Positions 17,947 to 26,930 of a DNA stretch of 64,000 nucleotides are shown here, piece after piece. The stretch lies in IMG/VR virus record IMGVR_UViG_3300032893_000011, positions 32,001-96,000 of that record; one strand, given 5' to 3'. The notes below the pieces were generated by a model, which saw only the letters and a program-made list of their open reading frames with translations, searched no databases and was not told the DNA's origin. Position numbers and translations under genes: made by a program. The DNA comes from a virus. Positions within the stretch are counted from its first letter, which is position 1. Each line of letters starts with the position of its first letter.

Positions 17947-19479
17947 ATGACCACAGCACCGCGCGTGCAGGGCCTCATCGGCGCCCTGCAGGTTTGGCTG
18001 GCCGCCCACCCGACATCCCCGGAAGCCCCCGACGTGAAGGCGCTCATCCAGGTGTTGGGGACGCCGGCCACGGTGCCCGCGCCGGTCGCGGGCGCGCCGC
18101 TGCACGCCCTGGTCGCCGACCTGGCCGCCGTCCTGGACGCCTGGGAAACCAGCCACCCGCTCACCCCGCCACCCCCTCCTCCCCCACCGCCGCCGCCGGT
18201 CCCGGTCGTCACGTCGGTCACCCCCAACACGGGCGTCGACACCGGCGGCACGACCGTGTCCGTCGCCGGCAGCGGCTTCACCGGGGCCACCGCGGTCGAC
18301 TTCGGGACCGCCCCGGCCTCGTTCAGCGTCGTGTCCGACGCCGCGGTGTCGGCGGTGTCGCCCGCCGGGGCGGACGCGGCCGTGGACGTGACGGTGACCA
18401 CCCCGGGCGGCGTGTCCACGACCAGCGCCGTCGACCGGTTCACCTACACCCCGCCCCCACCCCCGCCGCCCCCGCCGCCGCCCGGGCTGCCGCCGCTGTG
18501 GAACGCCGCACCGCCCGCCGGGGTGTGCGCGGCACCGAGCGGCCCCTACGTCGGGGTGCCCGGCGACTGGGCGTACGGCATCCAAACCACAACCGAGGTG
18601 TTCGACAACTTCGACGGCCCGGCGGGCTCCGCCATCAACCAGACCCTGTGGCAGCTCGACAGCATCAACCAGGGCGGCAACCAGACCTACGACCCGTCCA
18701 CCGACCGGGTCTACCTCGACGGCGACTCCAACGTGGTCCTCAAGGCCACCGGCGTCGGCGGCACCTACAGCAACACCAGCTGCGACCATCCCTACATATC
18801 GCAGCCCGGCGACACGTGGGCGAGCATCGCCGCGGCGTGGGGCACCAGCCCCGCGGTCCTGCGGGAGTACGTCAACCAGGGGATCCTCAACGAGGGGGTC
18901 ACCACGCCGTTCCCGCCGGGCACCGCCATCACCATCCCCAACATCAGCGGCCGGTTCACGTCGCGGCAGCGGTTCAACATGGGGCTCGGCTGGTCCGCGG
19001 CGCGGGTCAAGTTCCCCAAGTCCGTCGCCCAGACGTCGGGCCTGTCGTGGTTCCCCGCGGTGTGGCAGCTCTATGTCGCGTACAACCAGCTGCCGGGCAA
19101 CTATCTCGAAATAGACATGATGGAGATGTTCGGCGACTCCACGAAGTACAACACGCACGTCTACCTGCACAAGAACCCGATGACCACGCTGCAGGACGAG
19201 CTGCCGGTGCCCAACGGGGTCAACGCCGGCGACGACTTCCACACCTACTGGATGCTGCGCACCGCCGACGAGATCCAGATCGGCGTCGACAGCCTGATCA
19301 TGGGGGCGTGGACGTCGGCTAACGTGCCGGCCGGGGTGTGGCCCGACACGCAGCAGAGCGTCTATTGGATCATCAACTTCGCCATGGACCCGGGCTACCT
19401 GGCGCACCCGAAAGCCAGCGACTTCCCCGCGTACATGCTCGTCGATTGGGTGTGGTTCAAACCCCTAGCGCTGCTGTGA
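17947..19479 (+). CDS. IPT/TIG + GH16 glycoside hydrolase with an inserted LysM-like domain
   Basis: PVVTSVTPNTG..GGTTVSVAGSGFTGATAVDFG (IPT); FDNFDGPAG, SGRFTS, WFPAVW, EIDMME, DFHTY (GH16); YISQPGDTWASIAAAWG..PGTAITIP (LysM). Confidence 0.8.
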   Translation: MTTAPRVQGLIGALQVWLAAHPTSPEAPDVKALIQVLGTPATVPAPVAGAPLHALVADLAAVLDAWETSHPLTPPPPPPPPPPPVPVVTSVTPNTGVDTGGTTVSVAGSGFTGATAVDFGTAPASFSVVSDAAVSAVSPAGADAAVDVTVTTPGGVSTTSAVDRFTYTPPPPPPPPPPPGLPPLWNAAPPAGVCAAPSGPYVGVPGDWAYGIQTTTEVFDNFDGPAGSAINQTLWQLDSINQGGNQTYDPSTDRVYLDGDSNVVLKATGVGGTYSNTSCDHPYISQPGDTWASIAAAWGTSPAVLREYVNQGILNEGVTTPFPPGTAITIPNISGRFTSRQRFNMGLGWSAARVKFPKSVAQTSGLSWFPAVWQLYVAYNQLPGNYLEIDMMEMFGDSTKYNTHVYLHKNPMTTLQDELPVPNGVNAGDDFHTYWMLRTADEIQIGVDSLIMGAWTSANVPAGVWPDTQQSVYWIINFAMDPGYLAHPKASDFPAYMLVDWVWFKPLALL

Positions 19480-19486
19480 GGTAACC

Positions 19487-19783
19487 GTGGCCGTCGCCTA
19501 TAGCGCGGTCGGCGCTGGGGCGCACGGCACCAGCATCAACGCCCTCGCCTTCACCCACGCTATCGGCGCCTCCGACAACTGCCTGATGGTGGGGGTCGGC
19601 GCCTACTACGGCAGCTCCGGCTACTCGAGCTGGACCCGGTCCTGCGGCATCACGGCAGCGGCCGTTACCTGCGACTCGGTCGGCGCCGGCATCGCCAACG
19701 GCAGCTACACCGGCGGCACGGCCCAGACCTGCAGCCACACTGTGGTGCACAGCAGCCAGAGCCTACATAGCGACGGGGGATAG
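19487..19783 (+). CDS. Short paralogue of the N-terminus of the downstream fibre protein
   Basis: MAVAYSAVGAG vs MAVIFDAVGAG; internal DSVGAG repeat. Confidence 0.55.
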   Translation: MAVAYSAVGAGAHGTSINALAFTHAIGASDNCLMVGVGAYYGSSGYSSWTRSCGITAAAVTCDSVGAGIANGSYTGGTAQTCSHTVVHSSQSLHSDGG

Positions 19784-19786
19784 CCG

Positions 19787-22700
19787 GTGGCTGTCATTTT
19801 CGATGCTGTCGGCGCCGGCAACGATGTTTGGGCGCAAACCACGGCGACAACCAACATTTCGTGGGCGCATAACGCGGCGTCCGGGGCGTGTGTTATCGCC
19901 GGAATGGCCAGCCGCGACACCACAACTTCATCAGCGGCCAGCACCGACACCAGCGAGTCCTGCAGCTACAACACCGTGGATATGGGCGCGGCGCTGGGCA
20001 CGTCGAAGCACAACAACTCGAACACCGGCTACGGAAACACCACCCTGTTCGGGATGACCGGAGCGCCCAGCGGCTCCAAGACCGTCGCCGCGTCGGTGAC
20101 CGACACCAACAATGAGGTGACCGGCCTGGCCGGCTGCTCGGTGTCTTACCTGGGTGTCGGCTCTATCAGCACGTGCTCCACCAACGGCGGCTCGGGCACG
20201 ACGGCGTCGATTTCGGTGACCGCCCCGGCTGGGGCGATGATCGTTGTGGCGTTCGGCGCCCCCAACGGCAGCTTTTCCGCGTTTAACGGCTCAACACGGT
20301 ACAACCACGCCTCGGCCGGCGGCACCGACGCCGGTTTCATGATCGGCGACGTCGCGGCCACCGGTTCGGCGCAAACAATCTCCGCGACAGTCACTAGCGG
20401 GTTCTGGTCGGCCATCGCCGTTATTCTGCTGCCGACCATCCCCGGCGCTGTTTTGAGCCGCGGCACGTCGGTTTCCGGCCCGACCGGCTCCACCTGGACA
20501 TATACGGGCGGGGCGGCCACCTCCGCCAATGCTTACGACGGCACTTTCGGCCTGTACCCGGTCACTTACTGCGTGTTCACAACTTCAACCGCCAATGCTG
20601 TCGGCACCATCACGCCGGGCGGGTATTTCGGCGCGGCGTCGGTGCCCACCGACGCCTCTATCACGATCAACGCGGTCTTGCGGGGATATGTCAACACCGT
20701 GGCGCGTTGGGCGAGCATCACCGCGCAGTTGTTGGACAGCGGCGGCTCGGCTATCGGGGCGGCGCAGACGATCACCCTGACCACGGCTGTATCGACGGTC
20801 GCGTTCACGCCTAACGTGGCGCCGACGCCGGCGCAGATCAACGCTGGGTTGCAGATGCTCGTCACCGCAACTCACGACGGCACGTCGTCGAGCGGCATTT
20901 TCCGCCTCGACAACGTCGACATCACGATTTCTTACACGCGCACGCCCGCCGACGCCGCCCAAACCGTCACAGCCACAGGCGCAGCCACCATCGCCCACAA
21001 CGCGCCCGTCGACGCCGCCGCAGCCGCCGTCGCATCCCCCACGGCCGCCCAGACCGCAGCCCTGCTCGCCAACGCCACCCAGACCGCGACGGCCACGACC
21101 GCCGCCACCCTGGTCGGTGCACTGCAAGCGAATGCGGCGCTGACCGCCACCGCCGCCGCGGCGGCGACCGCTACCCGCGCCGCCGTCTGCGATGCCGCGC
21201 AAACCGTCACCGCCGCGCCGACAACAACCCTGACCGCAGCGCTGTCCGCCAACGCGGCCCAGGCGGCCATCGCCACATCCGCCGCCACCGCGACCCGCGC
21301 CGCCGTCTGCGACGCAGCCCAGACGGGCATTGCAACCAGCGCAGCCACCCTGGCCGCGGCACTGCAAACCAACGCCGCCCAGACGGCCACCGCCGCACCG
21401 ACCGCGACCCTGACGGCCGCGCTGTCGGCGAACGCGACCCAGACCGTCGCCGCCAGCCCGGCGGCGCTCGCTGCCGCGGCGCTGCTCTCCAATGCCGCCC
21501 AGACGGTGACCGCGGCAGCGGCCGCCGCCGCGACCGCAGCGCTGCAGGCCAATACGGCGCAGACCGTCACCGCGACCGGGTCGGCTTCGTTAACGGCAGC
21601 GCTGCTCGCCAACGGCGCCCAGGCGGTCACGGCAACACCGGCGGCAACGCTCACCGGGGCGCTTCTGGCCAACGCCGCGCAGGCGGTGACGGCCGCCCCG
21701 GCTGCGACCGTCGCGCACAACACGCCAGTCGACGCCGCCGCAAGCATCGTCGGGTCCGCAGCAGCCACCCTCACCGGGGCGCTTCTGGCCGACGCCGCCC
21801 AGGCGGCCACAGCCACCGCGGTAGCCGCCGCCACCAGGGCGGCGGTCTGCGACGCAACCCAGGCAGTCGTGGCGGCCGCGGCGGCGAGCGCCAACACGGC
21901 ACTCAACGCAAACGCCGCCCAGACGGCCACGGCAACCGCCAGTGCCAGCCTGACCGCGGCGCTGCTGGCCAATACGGCGCAGACCGGGATGGCAGCGCCA
22001 ACCGCCACCCTGGCCGCGGCGCTGTTGAGCAACGCTGCCCAGACGGCCTCGGCAACCGCGACAGCGACAGCGACCGCCGCGCTGCAGGCCAACGCCGCGC
22101 AGGCGGTGACGGCCGCCCCGGCTGCGACCCTGACCGGGGCCCTGCTCGCCAATGCGGCGCAAACCGCGACGGCCGCGAGTGCCGCCACCCTGGCCGCCGT
22201 ACTCCTGGGCAACGCCGCACAGGCGGTGACCGCGACCCCAACCGCGACCGCGGCCCACAACGCGACCGCCGACACCGCCCAGACCGTCACCGCCACCGGG
22301 TTGGCCTCATTGACCGCGGCACTGAAAGCCGACGCCGCCCAAACCATCACCGCCACCGCCGCGGCCGCCGCCGCCGGAGGCGCCGACGCACCGCAAACCG
22401 TTAACGCCACCGCCGCCGCCACCCTGACAGCAGCGCTACTCGCCAACGCGACACAGACCGTGACCGCAACCGCGGCGACCACCGCCACCCGGGCAGCTGT
22501 CTGCGACGCCGCGCAGAGCATCACCGCCGCGCCATCGGCGAGCGCCACCAGGGCCGCAATATGCGACGCTGCGGCGGCAGTGACAGGCAGCGCCTCGGCA
22601 GCACTGACCGCAGCACTGCAAGCCAACGCGGCACAAACGGGCATAGCCGCTGCGGCTGCCACCCTCGCGCACAACGCTCAACCCGCCGCCGCGCAGACCG

Positions 22701-24190
22701 TCGCAGCAACCCCGGCCGCAACCCTGACGGCAGGCCTGCTGGCCAACACAACCCAGACCATCACAGCCACCGCGGCTGCCAGCGCCACGCGCGCCGCCGT
22801 CTGCGACGCAACCCAGGGCATCACAGCGACAGGAGCGGCGTCGGCGCAGGCCGCGCTGCACGTCGACGCCACGCAAACCGTCAACGCCACCGCGGCTGCC
22901 AGCGCCACACGCGCCGCCGTCTGCGCCGACGCCCAGGCGCTCACTGCCGCCCCAATCGCCGCGCTGGGTGCGGCGCTACTGGCCAACGCCGCGCAGACCG
23001 CGGCCGTCGCCCCATCTGCGAGCGTCACCTACGGCGCCCTGGCCTCCGCCGCGCAAACCGCGACGGCCGCACCCGCCGCCACCGTCAACAAGGCAGCCGC
23101 CGCAGACGCCGCCCAAACCGTCAACGCGACAGCCTCGGCGGCCCTGACCGCGGCCCTGAAAGTCGACGCAGCCCAGAGCATCACTGCGTCCGCCTCGGCC
23201 AGCTCGGCGACCGGCCCGCAGGCCACCCAAACCATCGTCGCGACCCCCTCCGCGAGCCTGACCGCCAACCTGGCGTTGGCCGCCAACCAAACAGTTGGCG
23301 CCACCCCGACCGCCGGACTCGCACACAACGCCCCCGCCGACGCGGCGCAGGCGCTCACCGCGACCGCGACGGCCACCGCCACCCGATCCGCCACCGCAGA
23401 CGCCGCCCAAACCGTCAACGCCACCCCGACGGCGAGGGTCACCGCGGGCCTGAGGGCCGACGCCAGCCTGACGGTCACCGCCACCACAACAGCTGCCGCC
23501 ACGACCGGGCCGATGGCAACCCAGGCCGTCACCGCCACCGCCGCCGCCACCCTGTCCGCAGGGCTGAGAGTCGACGCGACCCAAACCCTCACAGCGACGG
23601 GTACAGCGTCGGCGACGCGCGGCGCGCCGCTGGACACCGCCCTCACCGCCACCGCAACCCCCGCAGCCGCCGCCAGGCTCGATGCCCGAACCGACGCCAC
23701 CGCAACCGTCAACGCCTCGATAGCGGGAGTGCTCGCCCAGGGGTTCCACCCCCACCCAACCGACCACGTCGCCATCACCGACGTCTACTACACCTCCGGG
23801 GCCGCCACCCCGGCCGACGCCGTCGCGCTCACCGACATCGCCACCTTCCAACTCGCCCACCGCGTCGCCGCCGCCGACCCCGAAAACCTCATCGACAAGC
23901 TCGCGACCCGCCTCGACGCGCAACGCCCCCACACCGACCCCTTGGCCCTGTCCGACACCGTCGTCGTCAGGCTCTACGGCGGGCCCGCGGTGCTGCACCC
24001 CCAGCAGGCCCGGCCCGTGCCCGGCGAACCCAAGCTGCGCGCACCCGCCCGCGCGCCGCAGCTGTTGACCGTAGCCGCCGAACCCGACCTGCGAGTGCGC
24101 CCCAACAGCGAAAAGCTCACCGCCCCCGCCCGGCGCGGCACGCTGACCGTGGCGGGGCGCAGCCGGCTGCGCGTCCCCGCCCGCACCTGA
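19787..24190 (+). CDS. Long Ala/Thr-rich repeat protein (fibre/appendage-like)
   Basis: ~390-aa beta-rich N-terminal region, then tandem 20-aa repeats. Confidence 0.8.
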   Translation: MAVIFDAVGAGNDVWAQTTATTNISWAHNAASGACVIAGMASRDTTTSSAASTDTSESCSYNTVDMGAALGTSKHNNSNTGYGNTTLFGMTGAPSGSKTVAASVTDTNNEVTGLAGCSVSYLGVGSISTCSTNGGSGTTASISVTAPAGAMIVVAFGAPNGSFSAFNGSTRYNHASAGGTDAGFMIGDVAATGSAQTISATVTSGFWSAIAVILLPTIPGAVLSRGTSVSGPTGSTWTYTGGAATSANAYDGTFGLYPVTYCVFTTSTANAVGTITPGGYFGAASVPTDASITINAVLRGYVNTVARWASITAQLLDSGGSAIGAAQTITLTTAVSTVAFTPNVAPTPAQINAGLQMLVTATHDGTSSSGIFRLDNVDITISYTRTPADAAQTVTATGAATIAHNAPVDAAAAAVASPTAAQTAALLANATQTATATTAATLVGALQANAALTATAAAAATATRAAVCDAAQTVTAAPTTTLTAALSANAAQAAIATSAATATRAAVCDAAQTGIATSAATLAAALQTNAAQTATAAPTATLTAALSANATQTVAASPAALAAAALLSNAAQTVTAAAAAAATAALQANTAQTVTATGSASLTAALLANGAQAVTATPAATLTGALLANAAQAVTAAPAATVAHNTPVDAAASIVGSAAATLTGALLADAAQAATATAVAAATRAAVCDATQAVVAAAAASANTALNANAAQTATATASASLTAALLANTAQTGMAAPTATLAAALLSNAAQTASATATATATAALQANAAQAVTAAPAATLTGALLANAAQTATAASAATLAAVLLGNAAQAVTATPTATAAHNATADTAQTVTATGLASLTAALKADAAQTITATAAAAAAGGADAPQTVNATAAATLTAALLANATQTVTATAATTATRAAVCDAAQSITAAPSASATRAAICDAAAAVTGSASAALTAALQANAAQTGIAAAAATLAHNAQPAAAQTVAATPAATLTAGLLANTTQTITATAAASATRAAVCDATQGITATGAASAQAALHVDATQTVNATAAASATRAAVCADAQALTAAPIAALGAALLANAAQTAAVAPSASVTYGALASAAQTATAAPAATVNKAAAADAAQTVNATASAALTAALKVDAAQSITASASASSATGPQATQTIVATPSASLTANLALAANQTVGATPTAGLAHNAPADAAQALTATATATATRSATADAAQTVNATPTARVTAGLRADASLTVTATTTAAATTGPMATQAVTATAAATLSAGLRVDATQTLTATGTASATRGAPLDTALTATATPAAAARLDARTDATATVNASIAGVLAQGFHPHPTDHVAITDVYYTSGAATPADAVALTDIATFQLAHRVAAADPENLIDKLATRLDAQRPHTDPLALSDTVVVRLYGGPAVLHPQQARPVPGEPKLRAPARAPQLLTVAAEPDLRVRPNSEKLTAPARRGTLTVAGRSRLRVPART
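20950..23740 (+). repeat. Roughly 45 tandem degenerate 20-aa (60-nt) repeats
   Basis: Consensus (D/N)AAQTVTATxAATLTAALLA with TRAAVC and AHNAPV variants. Confidence 0.85.
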
Positions 24191-24209
24191 GCCGACTACC
24201 GTCAAGCCC

Positions 24210-24995
24210 GTGGGACTCCAATGGCCCGTAGATTTGTTCTGCCTACCGCCGCTGTCGTCGGCCGACGACGAAGGCGCCGCCAACCAGAACGCGGCGATCA
24301 ACCTGGCGATCACCACCATGTGGGCCCTGTCCGGGCGCCAGTACGGGCTCGTCGACCAGATCGTGCGGCCCTGCATCCAGACCATGCCGTGGTGGTCGCG
24401 GCGCAGCAGCTACGGCTACTCCGGCGACTACGCCGCCGTCACCAGCTACCTACTGTCCTGGGAGGGAGACCGCTGGGTCAACTGGTGGTGCGGCTGCGGC
24501 TCCATGTGCCGCCTGTCGGGGCCCGGCGCGGTGCACCTACCCGGCCCGGCACGCGAGGTCATCGCCGTCACCATCGGCGACACCATCCTCGACGCCGACC
24601 AGTACACCCTGGAAGGGGACATGCTGTACCGGGTCCGCGGAGCCGCCGACGTCGCCCACGGCCCCGAGAGCCGCGGCCACCACTGGCCCCGCCAGGACCT
24701 GTCGCGGCCCATGGGCCACCACAACACGTGGTCGGTGGAGTACCTGTGCGGCAACCCCGTCCCGCCGGAGCTGGCGCATTTGACCGGGGTGCTGGCCAAG
24801 GAGTTCCTGGCCGCCTGCCAGGGCGACAAGTGCCGCCTGCCCCGCAACGTCACCAACGTGAACCGTGCGGGCGTGTCCTACCAGATCGACACCACCCGCA
24901 TCCTGGAGGCAGGCAAGACGGGGATAGCCGAGATCGACCTGTGGCTGGCGGCGGTCAACCCCGCCAAGCTGCAATGCGCACCGTCGGTAATCTAA
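24210..24995 (+). CDS. Head-to-tail adaptor
   Basis: MWALSGRQYG, VRPC, HLPGP, WPRQDL, LAKEF..C...CRLP..VT.V.R.GVS, TGIAEIDLWL.AVNP. Confidence 0.75.
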   Translation: MGLQWPVDLFCLPPLSSADDEGAANQNAAINLAITTMWALSGRQYGLVDQIVRPCIQTMPWWSRRSSYGYSGDYAAVTSYLLSWEGDRWVNWWCGCGSMCRLSGPGAVHLPGPAREVIAVTIGDTILDADQYTLEGDMLYRVRGAADVAHGPESRGHHWPRQDLSRPMGHHNTWSVEYLCGNPVPPELAHLTGVLAKEFLAACQGDKCRLPRNVTNVNRAGVSYQIDTTRILEAGKTGIAEIDLWLAAVNPAKLQCAPSVI

Positions 24996-25526
24996 ATGTC
25001 GTCGCCCGCCCCCACCGATCCCGCCATCGAGGCGGTCTCCATCGTGATGGGCACCCTGGCCGACGCGTTCGACCCGAACGGCCCCTGGCCCCCGGTGCAG
25101 GGCTCCACCGACGTGCACTTCTTCGCCGGGGAGGGGCCCGCCACCGCGGCGTGGGACGCGCACACGACCCAACCCGGCTGCGACGCCCCGTTCCTGTGGG
25201 TGCGGGTCGCGCAGCGCTACCGCACCAAGCGCATCCCCGCGCCCGTCGTCGACCCCGCCAACTGCCAGCTGCCGCGGGCGATCACCGTGGAGGTGGGGGT
25301 GGCGCGCTGCGCGGTCGTCGACGTCGACGCCACCTGGGACGACTACGCCGCAGAGGCCGCCACCAGCCTCGACGACTCGTGGCGCATCGAGGCGGCGCTG
25401 TGCGCGGCGCGGGGCCGGCTGCTCACCGACTCCTACCTGGCGGCCACCCACCCGGTCAGCCCGTACGGCCCGGAGGGCGGGTTGTTAGCCTGGAGCGGGA
25501 TGATCGACATACAGATCGGAGACTGA
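24996..25526 (+). CDS. Neck/tail terminator-like protein
   Basis: LWVRV, VEVGVARC, PYGPEGG; position. Confidence 0.6.
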   Translation: MSSPAPTDPAIEAVSIVMGTLADAFDPNGPWPPVQGSTDVHFFAGEGPATAAWDAHTTQPGCDAPFLWVRVAQRYRTKRIPAPVVDPANCQLPRAITVEVGVARCAVVDVDATWDDYAAEAATSLDDSWRIEAALCAARGRLLTDSYLAATHPVSPYGPEGGLLAWSGMIDIQIGD

Positions 25527-25530
25527 CGCG

Positions 25531-25800
25531 ATGAGGCTGGTCACCGTGCGCGGCAGCATCAACCCCTGCGTCGATTTGGCCACCGGCGATGAGATGACCT
25601 TCGAGTACAACGAGTGGGTCGACCGAAGAATCCAGCTTGGCTACTTCGATGTCGTCGAATGGTACGGCGACGAAGACACGCCACTGCCCCCGGAGGAGCC
25701 GCAACGCGAGCAGTCCATCGAGGACGACATCACACCGTGGCCCGTCCCGGTGGCCGAGCCGGCGCCCAAACGCCGCCGCGCCGCCAAAACCGGAGACTGA
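25531..25800 (+). CDS. Small hypothetical protein (paralogue 1)
   Basis: VRGSINPCVDLATG. Confidence 0.6.
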   Translation: MRLVTVRGSINPCVDLATGDEMTFEYNEWVDRRIQLGYFDVVEWYGDEDTPLPPEEPQREQSIEDDITPWPVPVAEPAPKRRRAAKTGD

Positions 25801-25801
25801 C

Positions 25802-25969
25802 ATGGCCGAGATCGCGCTCATCGAGGGCAGCATCAACCCCTGCACCGACTTCGAGACCGGGCGGCAATACGTCGTGCCCTACACCGAGCACATCGCCCGC
25901 CTCGCCAAACGCGGCTACATCAACATCCTGGCCCGCCAACCCATACCGCTAAGCGGACACGTCGACTGA
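25802..25969 (+). CDS. Small hypothetical protein (paralogue 2)
   Basis: IEGSINPCTDFETG. Confidence 0.6.
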   Translation: MAEIALIEGSINPCTDFETGRQYVVPYTEHIARLAKRGYINILARQPIPLSGHVD

Positions 25970-25978
25970 GAACACGAC

Positions 25979-26419
25979 ATGACCAAAGGGATCGTCACCT
26001 ACACCATCCACATCGACCGGCCCGCAGTGGAGGCCGAGTTCATCAAGGTCGCCACCAGCCGCGTCGACCACGTCACCGGCGAGATCGCGAAGACCGCGAA
26101 GCTGCTGGCACCGTTCCGCACCGGCCGGCTCAAGGCGCGGATCGGCGCGACGCACGCCAAGCGCACCGGGCCGTGGCGGGTGCAGGGCGAGGCGGTGTCG
26201 CGTGCGAAATACTCCGCGTACGTCCACGACGGCACCCGACCCCACATCATCCGGGCCCGGCGCGCCGCCGCGCTGCACTTCTTCTGGCCCAAGGTCGGGC
26301 GCGAAGTTTTCTTCCGGCACGTGCACCACCCCGGGACCCGGCCGAGGCCGTTCATGCTTGAGGCGGCCGAGGAAGTCGCAAGAATACAGCGCGCCAAAGA
26401 AGCGCTGTACCATCCCTAA
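25979..26419 (+). CDS. HK97 gp10-like neck/tail completion protein
   Basis: APFRTGRLKARI, YSAYVHDGTRPH, HPGTRPRPFM. Confidence 0.75.
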   Translation: MTKGIVTYTIHIDRPAVEAEFIKVATSRVDHVTGEIAKTAKLLAPFRTGRLKARIGATHAKRTGPWRVQGEAVSRAKYSAYVHDGTRPHIIRARRAAALHFFWPKVGREVFFRHVHHPGTRPRPFMLEAAEEVARIQRAKEALYHP

Positions 26420-26433
26420 AAGGACGCAGCGAG

Positions 26434-26901
26434 ATGAAGGACCAGCCCGAACCCATCGAGGTGCTCGACGCCGAACCCGAGGACCCGCCCGCGCCCGCGC
26501 CCGCTGCGAAGCCCGGGAAAGCGGCGGTGCTGCTGTCCAACATCGAGGGGTGGGAAGACCCCGGCACCGACGGACGCTACGACGTGTGCGTCGAATTCTT
26601 CGGCGACAAACTGAGGCTACGTAAACCCAAATCGCAGTCGTTGAACGCGCTGAGCTGGGCGAGCCTGCCCGGGGTGGACCCAATGACCACCAACCGGGTC
26701 ACCGGGAACTTCGTGAAACGCCACATGTCCCCCGAATCGTGGGAACGGCTGTTCGCCGACCGGCTCGTCGACCCCGACGACCCCGACTGCGACGAGGAAA
26801 CCATCGGGAAACTGATCACCGAACTGTGCGACCTGGCGGTGCGGGAACTCAACGAGAAACCCGCCAACCGGGCCGAGCGCCGTCACCCGACCGGTCCGTG
26901 A
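26434..26901 (+). CDS. Tail assembly chaperone (G-like)
   Basis: Immediately upstream of tape measure; ends NRAERR. Confidence 0.65.
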   Translation: MKDQPEPIEVLDAEPEDPPAPAPAAKPGKAAVLLSNIEGWEDPGTDGRYDVCVEFFGDKLRLRKPKSQSLNALSWASLPGVDPMTTNRVTGNFVKRHMSPESWERLFADRLVDPDDPDCDEETIGKLITELCDLAVRELNEKPANRAERRHPTGP

Positions 26902-26930
26902 CCCGGCACCCGCAGCGATAATCTGAGCCG

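Noticed and set aside
20950-23740. Repeat region as a CRISPR array or DGR template
   Set aside because: In-frame degenerate coding repeats, no unique spacers, and no cas or reverse transcriptase gene seen
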